Assembly (NCBI GenBank): GCA_963766715.1 | Contig: CAVYBH010000015.1 | Location: forward strand, 64,001-128,000 | Reading direction: 5' to 3' | From: an uncultured delta proteobacterium | GTDB lineage: Bacteria; Myxococcota; Myxococcia; Myxococcales; Anaeromyxobacteraceae | Length of the DNA stretch: 64,000 nucleotides | Part shown: piece by piece, positions 9,297 to 23,021 of the stretch | Layout: each line of letters starts with the position of its first letter | How positions within the stretch are numbered: the first letter of the stretch is position 1 | Made by a program: the position numbers and the translations under genes | The notes under the pieces: generated by a model | Database searches by the model: none | Seen by the model: only the letters and a program-made list of their open reading frames with translations | Told to the model about the DNA's origin: nothing

Positions 9297-10737
9297 ATGA
9301 AGACCACCGCCCGCCTCCCGTTCGAGAAGATTCGCTTCGACCACCCCTTCCGCACCCACCTGGTCGTGACCCTCGACGCCCCCCACGTGGAGTGGGAGTC
9401 GCGCCGCCCGCCCGTCTGCGTCATCCCCGTCATCGACGTCTCCGGCTCCATGGCCGGCCCCAAGCTCGACCGCGCCAAGAAGTCGGTCCAGAAGCTCGTC
9501 GACCACCTCGCCCCGGGCGACTTCTGCGGCGTCGTCACCTTCACCGACCACGTCGAGGTGGTCTCGCCCCCCGTCCAGATGACCCAGGGGCGGAAGGACG
9601 TGCTGAAGACCGCCGTCGAGCGGCTCACCGACCAGGGCTCCACGAACCTCGCCGGCGGCATGCTGGAGGGGCTGCGGCTCGCGAACGGCGCCCAGCTCCC
9701 CGACGGCATGCTCGTCCGCGTGATCCTCTTCACCGACGGCCATGCCAACGTGGGCGTCGCCACCCAGGGCACCGAGCTGCTGCCGCTGCTCGAGAAGAAC
9801 CTCGGCCGCGCCAGCCTGTCGGCCTTCGGCTACGGCGCCGACGCCGACCAGGAGCTGCTCCGCGACCTCTCCACCCGCGGAAAGGGCAACTACGCCTTCG
9901 TGGCCGGCCCCGACGACGCCATGACCGCCTTCGCCCGCGAGCTGGGCGGCCTGCTCTCGACGTACGCCCAGGACCTCCGGCTCGTGATCCGGCCGCTGGG
10001 CGGCCACCTGGTGACGGGCGTCGTCTCCGACGTCGACTCCGAGCCGACCGGCTCGGGCGTCACCATCCGCATCCCCGACATCCTCGCCGACGAGACGCGC
10101 CACGTGGTCGTCTCGGTCGAGCTGGCCGCGGTCGCCTCGCCGTCGGGCGAGGTTCCCGCCTTCGAGGTCGAGGGCAGCTACGCCGTCGTCGGGCAGGAGT
10201 CGCTGGTGGTGCGGGAGAAATTCTCGCTCCAGGCGGGCGCGGAGCGGGTGGTGGCCGGTGCAGAGCAGGCTCGCCCCGACCACGCCCTCGACGTCGTCGT
10301 CGCCCAGGCCGAGCTCGTCCGCGCCCAGATCGAGGCCGAGGAGCTGGCCCGCCGGGGGCAGCACGACCTGGCCCACCAGCGGGTCTTCGTCCTCTTCCAG
10401 CAGTTCTCGGACCGCGGCCACCCCGCCGTGGCGAACGCCGCGCGGGAGGTCGCGCGGTCCATGCAGGATTCGGAGGCCTTCCAGGGCAGCACGGCCTACC
10501 GGTCGAGCATGCGCAAGGGCATGAGCCGCCGGAACGTGGTCTCCATGGAGGGCGACGGCCGACGCGACGCTCAAGTCGATGGGGCTCGCGCAGCCGACCG
10601 AGGCCCAGGAGTCGATGGACCGGCGCTTCAAGTCGGGAGAGCCGAAGACGCCGGCGGCCCCGAAGCCGCGCACGCCCCGCAGCGGGACGTCGAGGAGCCC
10701 GGGCCCGGTGAAGCCGACGCGCGCGCGGCGCTGGTGA
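9297..10737 (+). CDS. von Willebrand factor A domain protein (frameshift near 10560)
   Basis: DVSGSM MIDAS motif, GSTNLAGG, ILFTDG; likely C-terminus in another frame ending at TGA 10735-10737. Confidence 0.8.
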
Positions 10738-10750
10738 TCCCGAAACGAGA

Positions 10751-10778
10751 GGAGGCGGCGCCGATCGGCGTCGCCTCC
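10751..10778. terminator. Hairpin between convergent genes, probable terminator
   Basis: GGAGGCGGCGCC-GATC-GGCGTCGCCTCC, 12-bp stem with one G-U pair; homologous hairpin at 58435-58460. Confidence 0.65.
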
Positions 10779-10816
10779 CTGCTTCGGGCCCCCGCCCGCA
10801 CTTCGAACTCGTTGCG

Positions 10817-11238
10817 CTAGCGCCTTGCGCTTGGCGTCGACTTCCTTGGCCAGCTCCTCGATCTTCGGGCTCGGCGACCTTGGCGCCCTCGGCGGCCTTC
10901 TCGTCGGTGGGCTTGCCGGTCATGTGCGCGGCGCCGGGCGCCCAGCCCGGGGTGACCGTCGCGGCCAGGTCCTTCGCCGACCGGTTGAACGCGCCGGTGA
11001 CGCCGCCGACCATGGTCTTCGCCGTCAGGTACAGGCCGATGAAGGGGAGGAACACCACCATGAGGCCGCCGAGCACCGGCATCAGCGCCAGCGCCGCCGC
11101 CGTGTTCACCTTCACGTAGTGCTCCGAAGACTTGCCGGGCAGCCGCTCGCCGTCGCGCGCGATGGGGAAGATCTCCCAGTTGCTCTTGGAGAGGTAGTAG
11201 CCACCGGGAACCGCGCTGCCGCCGTTGATCGTCTTCAT
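10817..11238 (-). CDS. Small membrane protein of unknown function, copy 1 (frameshift near 10865)
   Basis: MKTINGGSAVPGGYYLSKSNWEIF...ALMPVLGGLMVVFLPFIGL; RBS AAAGGGAG; near-identical copy at 58499-58914. Confidence 0.8.
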
Positions 11239-11381
11239 TTGGTTTCTCCCTTTCTGAAGACGACTCTGCTCCTTCCCGCGACCCTTCGATATTGGGCGCA
11301 ATACCCAGCCCGCCGAGTACGAATCCCGTCCTCCCCACCGGAAAACTCCCGACCCCGGATGGGTGCCGCGCGCTCCCGCGC

Positions 11382-11437
11382 TTCCCGACCGATTCCCGAC
11401 CGATTCCCGGGTCGATTGCTTCGGGTCAATTACCCGA
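11382..11437. promoter_or_regulatory. Candidate regulator binding sites upstream of actP
   Basis: TTCCCGACCGA x2.5 (11382-11409) and palindrome TCGGGT-CAATT-ACCCGA (11421-11437) just before TTGACG. Confidence 0.4.
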
Positions 11438-11523
11438 GGATTGACGCCATTTTGGCCGATCTTCCCGATTCGTTTTGCTAGGCTGCGACGCCTTTTTCCC
11501 CCAACCGGCCCCGGGAGAATCGA

Positions 11524-13516
11524 ATGAGCAGCGAGGTGTACCAGCGGATCCGTTCCAACCCCACCTTCGACGAACTGGTGAAGCGCCGCAGCCGCTTCGC
11601 CTGGACGCTCGCCGCCATCGTCCTCGTCGGCTTCTACGGCTTCGTCATGGTCGTGGCCTTCGCGCCGGGCGTGATCGGCCAGCGCGTCTCCCCGGGATCG
11701 ACGCTGACCGTCGGCGTCGCCGCCGGGCTGGTCATGTTCGTGGGCTTCTGGGCGCTCACCGCGCTCTACGTCCGTCGCGCCAACACCGAGTTCGACCGGC
11801 TGACCGCACAGATCGTGAAGGACGCGACCCAGCCCGCGCCTCCCTCCGGGAAGAAGATCGGCGCCGTGGTCCTCGCGCTGCTCGCCCCGTGGGCCGCCGA
11901 GGCGGCTGGCCCGGCCATGGAGGGCGCCACCGCCAAGCAGCCCATCAACGTCTACGCCATCGGGATGTTCGTCCTGTTCGTGGCGCTCACCATGGGCATC
12001 ACCTACTGGGCCTCGCGCCGGACCCGGACCGCCACCGACTTCTACACGGCCGGTGGAGGCATCACCGGCTTCCAGAACGGCCTCGCCATCGCCGGCGACT
12101 ACATGTCGGCCGCCACCCTGCTCGGCCTCACCGCCATGACGTACACGCAGGGCTTCGACGGCTACATGTACATGATCGCCTTCTTCGTGGGCTGGCCGGT
12201 CATCCTCTTCCTGATGGCCGAGCGGCTTCGGAACCTGGGGCGCTTCACCTTCGCCGACATCACGTCCTACCGGCTCGACCAGGGGAAGGTCCGCACCATG
12301 GCGGCCATCTCCTCGCTCACGGTGGTGATCTTCTACCTCATCGCCCAGATGGTCGGAGCCGGGCAGCTCATCAAGCTGCTCTTCGGCCTCGACTACCCCA
12401 TCGCCATCGTGATCGTCGGGACGCTCATGATGGTCTACGTGATCTTCGGCGGCATGGTGGCCACGACCTGGGTGCAGATCATCAAGGCCTGCATGCTCCT
12501 CGCCGGCGGCACGCTCGTCATGATCCTGGCCATGAGCCGCTTCGGCTTCTCCTACGCGACGCTGGTGGAGCGCGCGACCACGGTGCACAAGAACGGGTGG
12601 CGCCTGATGGCCCCGGGCCCGCTGCTGGCCGACCCGGTGAACGCCATCTCGCTGGGCATGGGGCTCATGTTCGGGACCGCCGGCCTTCCCCACATCCTGA
12701 TGCGCTTCTTCACCGTGAGCAACGCCAAGGAGGCGCGCAAGTCGGTCCTCTTCGCCTCGGGCTTCGTGGCCTACTTCTTCAACGTCATCTTCCTCATGGG
12801 GCTCTCGGCGGTCCTCATCGTCGGCCTCGACCCGGCCTTCTTCGAGGGCGGCCAGCTCGGCGGCAAGCTCGTCGGCGGCGGGAACATGGTCGCCATGCAC
12901 CTCGCCAAGGCCGTGGGCGGCAACCTGCTGCTCGGGTTCCTCGCCGCGGTGGCCTTCGCCACCATCCTGGCCGTGGTCTCGGGCCTGGCGCTGGCCGGCG
13001 CGTCGGCCATCTCGCACGACCTCTACGCGCGCGTGATCAAGAAGGGCACCGCCACCGAGGAGGCGGAGATCCGCGTCTCCAAGTTCGCCACCATCGGCCT
13101 CGGCATCATCGCCATCGCGCTCGGGAATCCTCTTCGAGAAGCAGAACGTGGCCTTCATGGTCGGCCTCGCCTTCGGCGTCGCCGCGGCGGCCAACTTCCC
13201 GGTCCTCATCCTCTCCATGTACTGGAAGGGGCTCAGCACCCGGGGCGCGCTCGCCGGCGGCTACTCGGGCCTCTTCTCGGCGGTGATCTTCGTCGTCCTC
13301 TCCAAGTCGGTCTGGGTGGCCGTGCTCGGGAACCCGAAGCCCATCTTCCCCTACGATCAGCCTGCCCTCTTCGCGATGCCGATCGCCTTCCTGGCCGCCT
13401 TCGTCTTCTCGAAGACCGACCACTCGGCGCGGGCCAAGGCGGAGGCGGAGGCGTTCGAGGACCAGTACGTCCGCGCCCAGACCGGCTTCGGCGCGTCCGG
13501 GGCGAGCAAGCACTGA
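11524..13516 (+). CDS. actP: DUF485 (YjcH) fused to cation/acetate symporter ActP (frameshift near 13125)
   Basis: N-terminal YjcH-like segment ([23 protein letters not shown]), then [41 protein letters not shown]-terminus in ORF 13148-13516. Confidence 0.9.
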
Positions 13517-13531
13517 TCGGGGGCCCGCGCC

Positions 13532-15322
13532 TCACAGCCGGTGGTGGTAGGCGGCCATGTCCTGCCAGGCCTTCACCACCCGGAACGACTCCTTGAGGCG
13601 GGTCCGCTCGACGGGCGAGAGCGCGGAGAGCGCCACCTCGTCCGGGGGCGGCCCGCCCTCGGCGAGCGTGCGGAGCTGCAGCCGCAGGCGCAGGCCGGAG
13701 AGGAAGCGGTAGGCCTCGGAGACGTTGTCGCGCAGGTCGGGCGCCATGCGCCCGGCCCGCTCGGCCGCCTCGAGCCGGTCGAGGGTGCCGCGCGCCCGGG
13801 AGCCGATCTCGAGCGCGTAGCACCGCGCCAGGAAGACGATGGGCGAGATGCCCTGCTTCTTGAGATCCACCACGGAGGACGCGCCCCGCAGCCGCAGGAG
13901 CAGCATCTGCGGGGGCGTGAAGCGGATCGCCTCCTGGGCCATGGCGCGCAGGAAGAGCGGCTCCGACGCCGCCACGGCCATCTCCGCCTGGAGCGGCTCC
14001 ACGTCGAGCTTGCCCATGACCCGGCGGTGGTCGAAGAAGATGGCCGCCTCGAGGAGCGACTGCGGGCGCGGGTCGCGAATCCAGCCGGCGAAGCGCTCGC
14101 GCCACTCGCCCAGCGTGCCGTTCCAGTTCCGCGCCATGTAGCCGCCCGGGCACACCGGGAAGCCGGCCCGCTCGAGGTCGGCGTTCACCTTCTCCGCGAA
14201 GGCCTGGAACCAGGAGCGGTCGTTCCCCGCCGCGTCGGCGAAGACGAGCGCGTTGTCCTGGTCGGTGAGCAGCGTCTGCTCCATCCGCCCCTCCGACCCC
14301 AGCGCCAGCCAGGCGTAGGGCGCGGGAGGCGGCCCCAGATCCGCCTCCGCCCAGCGGACGATCGGGCGGAGCAGCGCGTCGTTCAGGCGCGCCACGAGCT
14401 GCGCGATGATCACCGGATCGAGCCGCGCGGCCAGCAGGCCCGCGACCATCTCGGCGACCCGGGCGCCGTGGCCCGCCAGCCCCTCGCGCGACGCGATGCG
14501 CTCCACGTTCCGCACCGCCGCCACCGGGCCCTGCGCGGTCGCGCGCATGAGGTCGGTGGAGGTCACCACCCCGACCACCTCTCCGTCCCTCATCAGCGGG
14601 AGGTGGTGGCGGTTCCCGTCGAGGAGCGCCATCCACGCCTCGTACACGGGGGTGCTCGCGGGGAGCGTCCAGAGCGGGCGGGTCGCCACCTCGGACACGG
14701 GCGTCTCGCCCCCGATGCCCTCGGCCACCACCCGGTTGCGCAGGTCCCGATCGGTCAGGATCCCCGGGGGATCCCCGCGGACGAGCACCGACGAGATCCC
14801 GTGGTCCCGCATGGCGCGAGCGGTCTCGACCAGCGTGGCCGTCGCCTCCATCCAGACCGGCGGGCCCGCGGCGAGCCGGCCCACCTCGCCCGAGAGATCG
14901 GGCTGGAAGCTGGCCACCGGCGAGAGCTCCAGGCTCGAGCGCAGCCGCTCGCCCAGCCCGGCGGCGAAGTGCCCGGCGAACCGCGGCTCCTCGGCGAGCT
15001 CCCGGAACACCGCGGCCGGCAGCGCGCAGGCCACGAGGTCGTCCTCCACCACGACGTCGAAGGAGGCCTTCCCGGTGAGCAGCGAGGTGTAGCCGAAGGT
15101 CTCGCCCTCCTCGAGCACCTGGACCGTCTGGCCGTGCCGCTCGAGCCGGACCGAGCCCGAGAGGATGACGTACAGGTCGTGGAGAGGCTCCCCGTCGGCC
15201 CGGACGAGCCAGGTCCCGGCGGGGAAGCGGCGCTCGGTCAGCTGGCGCGCCGCGGCGTCGAAGACCGTGCGCGGCAGGAGGTCGAAAGGCGGGGTCGCCC
15301 GCAGGAAGTCGATGGGGTCCAC
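13532..15322 (-). CDS. cNMP-binding/CBS/DUF294 nucleotidyltransferase-like protein
   Basis: [18 protein letters not shown] (CBS), [37 protein letters not shown]; typical actP neighbour. Confidence 0.88.
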   Translation of the reverse strand: MDPIDFLRATPPFDLLPRTVFDAAARQLTERRFPAGTWLVRADGEPLHDLYVILSGSVRLERHGQTVQVLEEGETFGYTSLLTGKASFDVVVEDDLVACALPAAVFRELAEEPRFAGHFAAGLGERLRSSLELSPVASFQPDLSGEVGRLAAGPPVWMEATATLVETARAMRDHGISSVLVRGDPPGILTDRDLRNRVVAEGIGGETPVSEVATRPLWTLPASTPVYEAWMALLDGNRHHLPLMRDGEVVGVVTSTDLMRATAQGPVAAVRNVERIASREGLAGHGARVAEMVAGLLAARLDPVIIAQLVARLNDALLRPIVRWAEADLGPPPAPYAWLALGSEGRMEQTLLTDQDNALVFADAAGNDRSWFQAFAEKVNADLERAGFPVCPGGYMARNWNGTLGEWRERFAGWIRDPRPQSLLEAAIFFDHRRVMGKLDVEPLQAEMAVAASEPLFLRAMAQEAIRFTPPQMLLLRLRGASSVVDLKKQGISPIVFLARCYALEIGSRARGTLDRLEAAERAGRMAPDLRDNVSEAYRFLSGLRLRLQLRTLAEGGPPPDEVALSALSPVERTRLKESFRVVKAWQDMAAYHHRL

Positions 15323-15351
15323 GGCGAGGCCGACCCCGAAGGTAGCACGCG

Positions 15352-15738
15352 CTACGGCTTCCGCTTCTTCTGCATCTCGTCCCAGACAGGACGGAAGTCG
15401 TAGGCCGGGTAGAACTCGGTCCGGTAGGCGCCCCACCCGGCGTTCTCGATGGCCAGGTTCACGTCCCGGAGCCGGTCGGGGGGCACGCGCAGGGTCACCA
15501 CCTGGCCGATGCCCATGACCACGTACCAGCTCACCACCTCGATGCCGGCGGGCGGGAACTTCTCGTACCAGCCGTTCTTCGTGAGCTGGGCGTTCAGCTC
15601 GGGGAGCGGCCGGGACTGGTCGTGGCGAAGGAAGATGGTGAGGAGGATGGCGTCGCCGGGCGGCCGGGCCGGTTCCGCGGCGACGGCGGGCACGGACAGG
15701 GCGACGGCGAGCGCAGCGGCGACGAGGGCACGGGGCAC
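15352..15738 (-). CDS. Secreted hypothetical protein
   Basis: Signal peptide, GGAGG RBS, normal codon usage; FPPAGIEVVSWYVVMGIGQVVTL. Confidence 0.7.
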   Translation of the reverse strand: MPRALVAAALAVALSVPAVAAEPARPPGDAILLTIFLRHDQSRPLPELNAQLTKNGWYEKFPPAGIEVVSWYVVMGIGQVVTLRVPPDRLRDVNLAIENAGWGAYRTEFYPAYDFRPVWDEMQKKRKP

Positions 15739-15839
15739 GGGAACCTCCGCGATTCCGGGAGAGCGGCCGAGGGATTCGACGGGTCCCGGGACTTCGGTGG
15801 AGGAAGCCTAGCGGGGGCCAGGAGCGGCCTCCACCCCCG

Positions 15840-17132
<1,293 letters not shown>

Positions 17133-17137
17133 GCCGC

Positions 17138-18634
<1,497 letters not shown>

Positions 18635-18659
18635 GTGAAACCCCTTCCGCCTGTTGCCG

Positions 18660-19924
18660 CTAGTGAATCGCCGCCATGCGCTGCCAGAGCCGCGCCGCCT
18701 CGCGCCGGGAGGCCTGGGTGATCTCCACCAGGTCGCCGGAGACGAGCCGCCCGTCCTCTACCACGACCCGCCCGTTCACGACGACGTGCCGGACGCCCCG
18801 CCCGTCCCGCACGACCACGTCCCCGAGCGCACCCGGGGTGAGCGGCCTGCGCGGCCGCCTCGAAGCGCTGGGCCACGAGCGCGTTCCCCGCCGCGAGCCG
18901 GCCCGCGGCCCGGTCGTCGCCGTGGAGCGGCGGCCAGGCGGAAGAGCGCCGCCTCCTCCACCGCCATGTCGGCGTGCCAGCCGTCGGTGCCGAGCGCCAC
19001 CCGGCGGCCGTAGCGCAGCGCGCCCGGGTAGCCCACCTTGTTCCCCTCGTTCGATCGGGGATTCTGCACCAGCCAGAGCCCGGCCTCGTTCACGAGGGCG
19101 ACCTCCTCGGGCGAGAGATGCACCCCGTGCGCCAGGATGGAGCCGGGCGGCAGGGCGTCGAGGGCGAGCAGGCGCTCGAGCGGTCCGGGCGTGCCGCGGG
19201 CGCGGGCGTCGGCCACGTCGGCGAGGTCCTCCGCCACGTGGACGTGGACCACGGTGCCCAGGTCCCTGGCCACGCGCCCGGCCTCGCGGATCGTCTCGTC
19301 GGAGACGGTGAAGCTCGCGTGCAGGCCGACCAGGCCGCGGAGCGTCGGCGTGGGGGCGAGGCGCCGGCACTCGGCCAGGCCCCGCCGCGCCTCCTCGATT
19401 CCCCCGTTCCGCTCGGTGGCGCCGTAGCAGAGGAGCGCGCGCACGCCCAGCTCGTCGCAGGCCTCCGCGAGAACCGCGAGGGATCCCTCGATGAAGGCCG
19501 GTGACTCCTGGTGATCGACGAGCGAGGTCGTCCCGGCGAGGAGCGCGCGGGCGACGGCGTCCCGGGCGGACGCCCGCAGGCTGTCCGCGTCGAGGGCCCG
19601 GTCGAGCCGCCACCAGACCCGCTCCAGGATCTGGAGGAAGCTCCCGGGGGGCGGGACCGGGGGCGGCATCCCGTAGGAGGCGAGCCCGCTGTAGAGGTGC
19701 GTGTGGGCGCAGACGTTCCCGGGGACGATGTCGGCGCCGGTGGCGTCGAGGGTCCGCGCGCCCGGGGCGGCCGCGGCGGTCACCCGGCCGCCGGTGACCG
19801 CGACCGACCTGCCGGAACAATCGGGCCCGATGAGGAGGGGAGCGCTCAGGCGGGGTCCTTCGCGACGATGGATTGGACCCGGCGCACGGTGTCGCAGTAT
19901 CAGGGGAAGGACGGGCACATTCAA
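18660..19924 (-). CDS. ssnA: SsnA-like amidohydrolase (frameshifts near 18935 and 18835; start uncertain)
   Basis: [54 protein letters not shown]. Confidence 0.75.
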
Positions 19925-19959
19925 GCGACGGCGGGCCCGTCCTGACCGGGAGGACGTGG

Positions 19960-21366
19960 ATGGCGGCGACCTGGATTCGCGGCGGCACGGTGGTCACCGA
20001 GGACGGGCGGAAGCGGGCCGATCTGCTGCTCCGGGACGGCGTCGTGGCCGCGGCCGGCGACGCGCTCGACGTGCCGTCCGGCGCGGAGGTCGTCGAGGCA
20101 GGGCGGCTGCTTCGTCATGCCCGGCGGGATCGACCCGCACACCCACATGCAGCTGCCCACCATGGGCACGGTCGTCGCCGACGACTTCCTGAGCGGTACC
20201 GGCGCCGCGGCGGCCGGGGGCACCACCACCATCCTCGACTTCGTCGGCCCCGAGCGGGGGCAGTCCCCGGTGGAGGCGCTCGCGCGGTGGCAGGCCTGGG
20301 CGGCGCGCTGCACGGTGGACTACGGCTTCCACATGACGGTGTCGTGGTGGGGCCCGGGCTTCGCCGCCGAGATGGCGCCGCTCGTCCGCACCCACGGCGT
20401 GGCCAGCTTCAAGTTCTTCCTCGCCTACAAGGGCGGCCTCATGCTCTCCGACGAGCAGATCGTCGAGGGGTTCCTGCGCTGCAAGGAACTCGGCGCGCTC
20501 GCCCAGGTTCACGCCGAGAACGGGGAGCTCATCGCCTACCTCCAGGCGAAGCTCCTCGCGGCGGGCAAGACCGCGCCCGCGGCCCACGCCCTCTCCCGTC
20601 CGCCGGAGCTGGAGGGCGAGGCCACGCTCCGCGCCATCACCATGGCCGAGACCGTCGACGTGCCGCTCTACGTGGTCCACGTCTCCGCGGCGCAGGCGGC
20701 CGACGCCATCGGGGGCGCCCGCCGGCGCGGGGTGAAGGTGGTGGGCGAGACGCTGCCCGGTTTCCTCGCCATCGACGACTCGGTCTATTCGTCCGCCGAC
20801 TTCGACCAGGCGGCCGGCCACGTGATGAGCCCGCCCTACCGCCCGGTCGGGCCACCAGGAGGCGCTCTGGAAGGCCATCGGGTCGGGCGCGCTCAGCGTC
20901 ACCGGAACCGATCACTGCTGCTTCACGAAGGCCCAGAAGCGCGCCGGGCTCGAGCGGTTCACGCTCATCCCGAACGGCTGCGGCGGGGTCGAGGACCGGC
21001 TGCACGTGCTCTGGCACCTGGGCGTGAACGGGGGGCGGCTCACCCCCGAGCAGTTCGTCTCGCTCACCTCCGCGAACGCCGCCCGGGTCTTCAACCTCTG
21101 GCCCAGGAAGGGCTCGCTCTCCGTGGGCGCGGACGCCGACGTCATCGTCCTCGACCCCGAGAGGACGAAGACGCTCTCGGCCCGCACGCAGCACCAGCGG
21201 ACTGACTTCTCGGTCTGGGAGGGGCGCGACGTGAAGGGGGTGGTCGTCCACACCTTCTCGCGCGGCCGCCACCTCTGGGCCGACGGGGACCTGCGCGCCG
21301 AGGCCGGCTGGGGCCGCTTCCTCCCCCGCCCGCCCTTCGGTCGCGGTCTACCAGGGCACGGTCTAG
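19960..21366 (+). CDS. hydA: Dihydropyrimidinase / D-hydantoinase (frameshifts near 20105, 20850, 21340)
   Basis: [45 protein letters not shown] across three frames. Confidence 0.9.
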
Positions 21367-21371
21367 GACGG

Positions 21372-23021
21372 TCAGGCCGCGCGCGGGCTGGTCGAGCGTG
21401 CGGCCGGGGAAGACCCGGGGGACGACGAGTCGACCGTGGTCGAGCACCGCCTCGCCGTGGATCCAGACCACGTCGATCCCGTCGGGCCGGACGAGCGGCG
21501 ACGCGTAGTCGTTCCGCTCCCGCACCCGCTCCGGGTCGAAGAGCACGAGCGACGCGTCGGCGCCCGGGCGCAGCGTGGGGTCGGGCAGCCGCAGGAAGCG
21601 GCACGGGAGCGTCGACATCCGCCACACCATCTGCTCGAGGGGAATGCCCATCTCCCGGGCCATGCGCAGCGCCTTCGGGAAGGCGCCGAGGGCGCGGGGG
21701 TGCGGCTTCTGCCCCGGCCCGGGCATGAGGCCGTCGGTGCAGATGGCCATGGTGGGGCGGCGGAAGAATCGCTCCACCGTGGCCTCGTTCCCGTAGTGGG
21801 TGATGATGGCGACCTCGCCCTCGTTCTCGAGGAAGAAGTCGAACACCGCCTCGAAGGCCGCGATCGGAGTCGAGGTCGGTCGCGCCGGCCGCCCGCGCCA
21901 CGTCGCCGAGCCGCTTGCCGAGCCAGGAGTCGCCCACCCCGGCCTTCACGCCGGCGATCTGGATCCCCTGCAGGCCCGCCGCAGAAGTGGACGAAGTTGT
22001 CCCAGCTGGTGGTGTCGTGGCGCATCCGGTCGGCGATGCGCCGCCGCCACTCCGGGTCGTCCAGCCGGGCCAGGAACTCGGCGCGGGCGCCGGCTCGCGC
22101 TTCCGGGGGGAAGATGGCGTCCCCGGTCGTGGAACCGGCCGTGTAGGGGTACATGTTCTCCATCGTGGGGATGGAGGCGGCGGCGTCGGCGAGCATGTCC
22201 TCGAGCTCGCCGATGCGATCGTAGTTCGTGGCGCCGGCGATCTTGGAGTGCTCGTTGCAGTACGCGCCGCCCCCGTCGATGGCCGCCTCGAGCACCTCCT
22301 TCAGGCTGCCCACGATGGCGTCGCTCTCGGAGCGCAGGTGGGGGAAGAGCGCGCCCGGCTTCACCTGGTTGAAGGCGCGGACGAGCGCGGTGAGCTCGCG
22401 CTGGTCCGAGTAGACGGCGGGGTTGTAGACGAGGCCGGTGGAGAGCCCCAGCGTGGCCGGCGCCTCCCGCCGGACCACCTCCGCCATGGCCGCCACCTCG
22501 CCGTCGCTGGCGACGCGGGCCAGGTTCTCCATCACCACCCGCCGCACCGCCGAGTGGCCCAGGTAGAGCCCCATGTCGGTGACCGAACGGCCGCGGTGCC
22601 AGGCCAGGAACTCGGCCACCGACGACCAGGACCAGGGCCCGTCGATGGCGCCGTCGAGCGGCCGGAGCTGGGCGGCGTACTGGGAGCGCTGGGCCTCGAC
22701 GACCGGCGCGGGGGACAGGCCGTCCACGCCGCAGATGCGCTTCGTCACCCCGCCCAGGATGGCGAGCTCGCAGGCCCGGGGAAGGCCGCTCTCGCCCGGC
22801 GCCGTGCCGCCCAGCGCACCGTGGTTGTGGGTGTCGACGAAGCCGGGCGCGATCACCCGCCCCTTCGCCTCCACCACCCGGTCGGCCGACGCGGCGTCCG
22901 AGCGGGGCACGGAGCCCATCCGGACGATGACGTCGCCGTCCACCAGCACGTCGCCCGCGACCGGCGGGCTCGCGCCGTCGCCGTTCACGATGCGTGCGTC
23001 GCGGACGAGCCAGCGGCTCAC
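21372..23021 (-). CDS. N-acyl-D-amino-acid deacylase family amidohydrolase (frameshifted near 21970 and 21860)
   Basis: PGFVDTHNH, GLSTGLVY, HLRSE, YPYTAGST, TDG, HPRALGAFP, GADASLVLFDP. Confidence 0.8.
   Translation of the reverse strand: MSRWLVRDARIVNGDGASPPVAGDVLVDGDVIVRMGSVPRSDAASADRVVEAKGRVIAPGFVDTHNHGALGGTAPGESGLPRACELAILGGVTKRICGVDGLSPAPVVEAQRSQYAAQLRPLDGAIDGPWSWSSVAEFLAWHRGRSVTDMGLYLGHSAVRRVVMENLARVASDGEVAAMAEVVRREAPATLGLSTGLVYNPAVYSDQRELTALVRAFNQVKPGALFPHLRSESDAIVGSLKEVLEAAIDGGGAYCNEHSKIAGATNYDRIGELEDMLADAAASIPTMENMYPYTAGSTTGDAIFPPEARAGARAEFLARLDDPEWRRRIADRMRHDTTSWDNFVHFCGGPAGDPDRRREGRGGRLLARQAARRRGAGGRRDRPRLRSRPSRRCSTSSSRTRARSPSSPTTGTRPRWSDSSAAPPWPSAPTASCPGRGRSRTPAPSAPSRRRCAWPGRWAFPSSRWCGGCRRSRAASCGCPTPRCARAPTRRSCSSTRSGCGSGTTTRRRSSGPTGSTWSGSTARRCSTTVDSSSPGSSPAARSTSPRAA

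Larger units (their letters stand above)
10751..11366. repeat. Direct repeat copy 1 (terminator + small gene + upstream region)
   Basis: Matches 58435-59042; by eye 10924-11238 differs from copy 2 by one substitution and one 1-bp indel. Confidence 0.9.
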
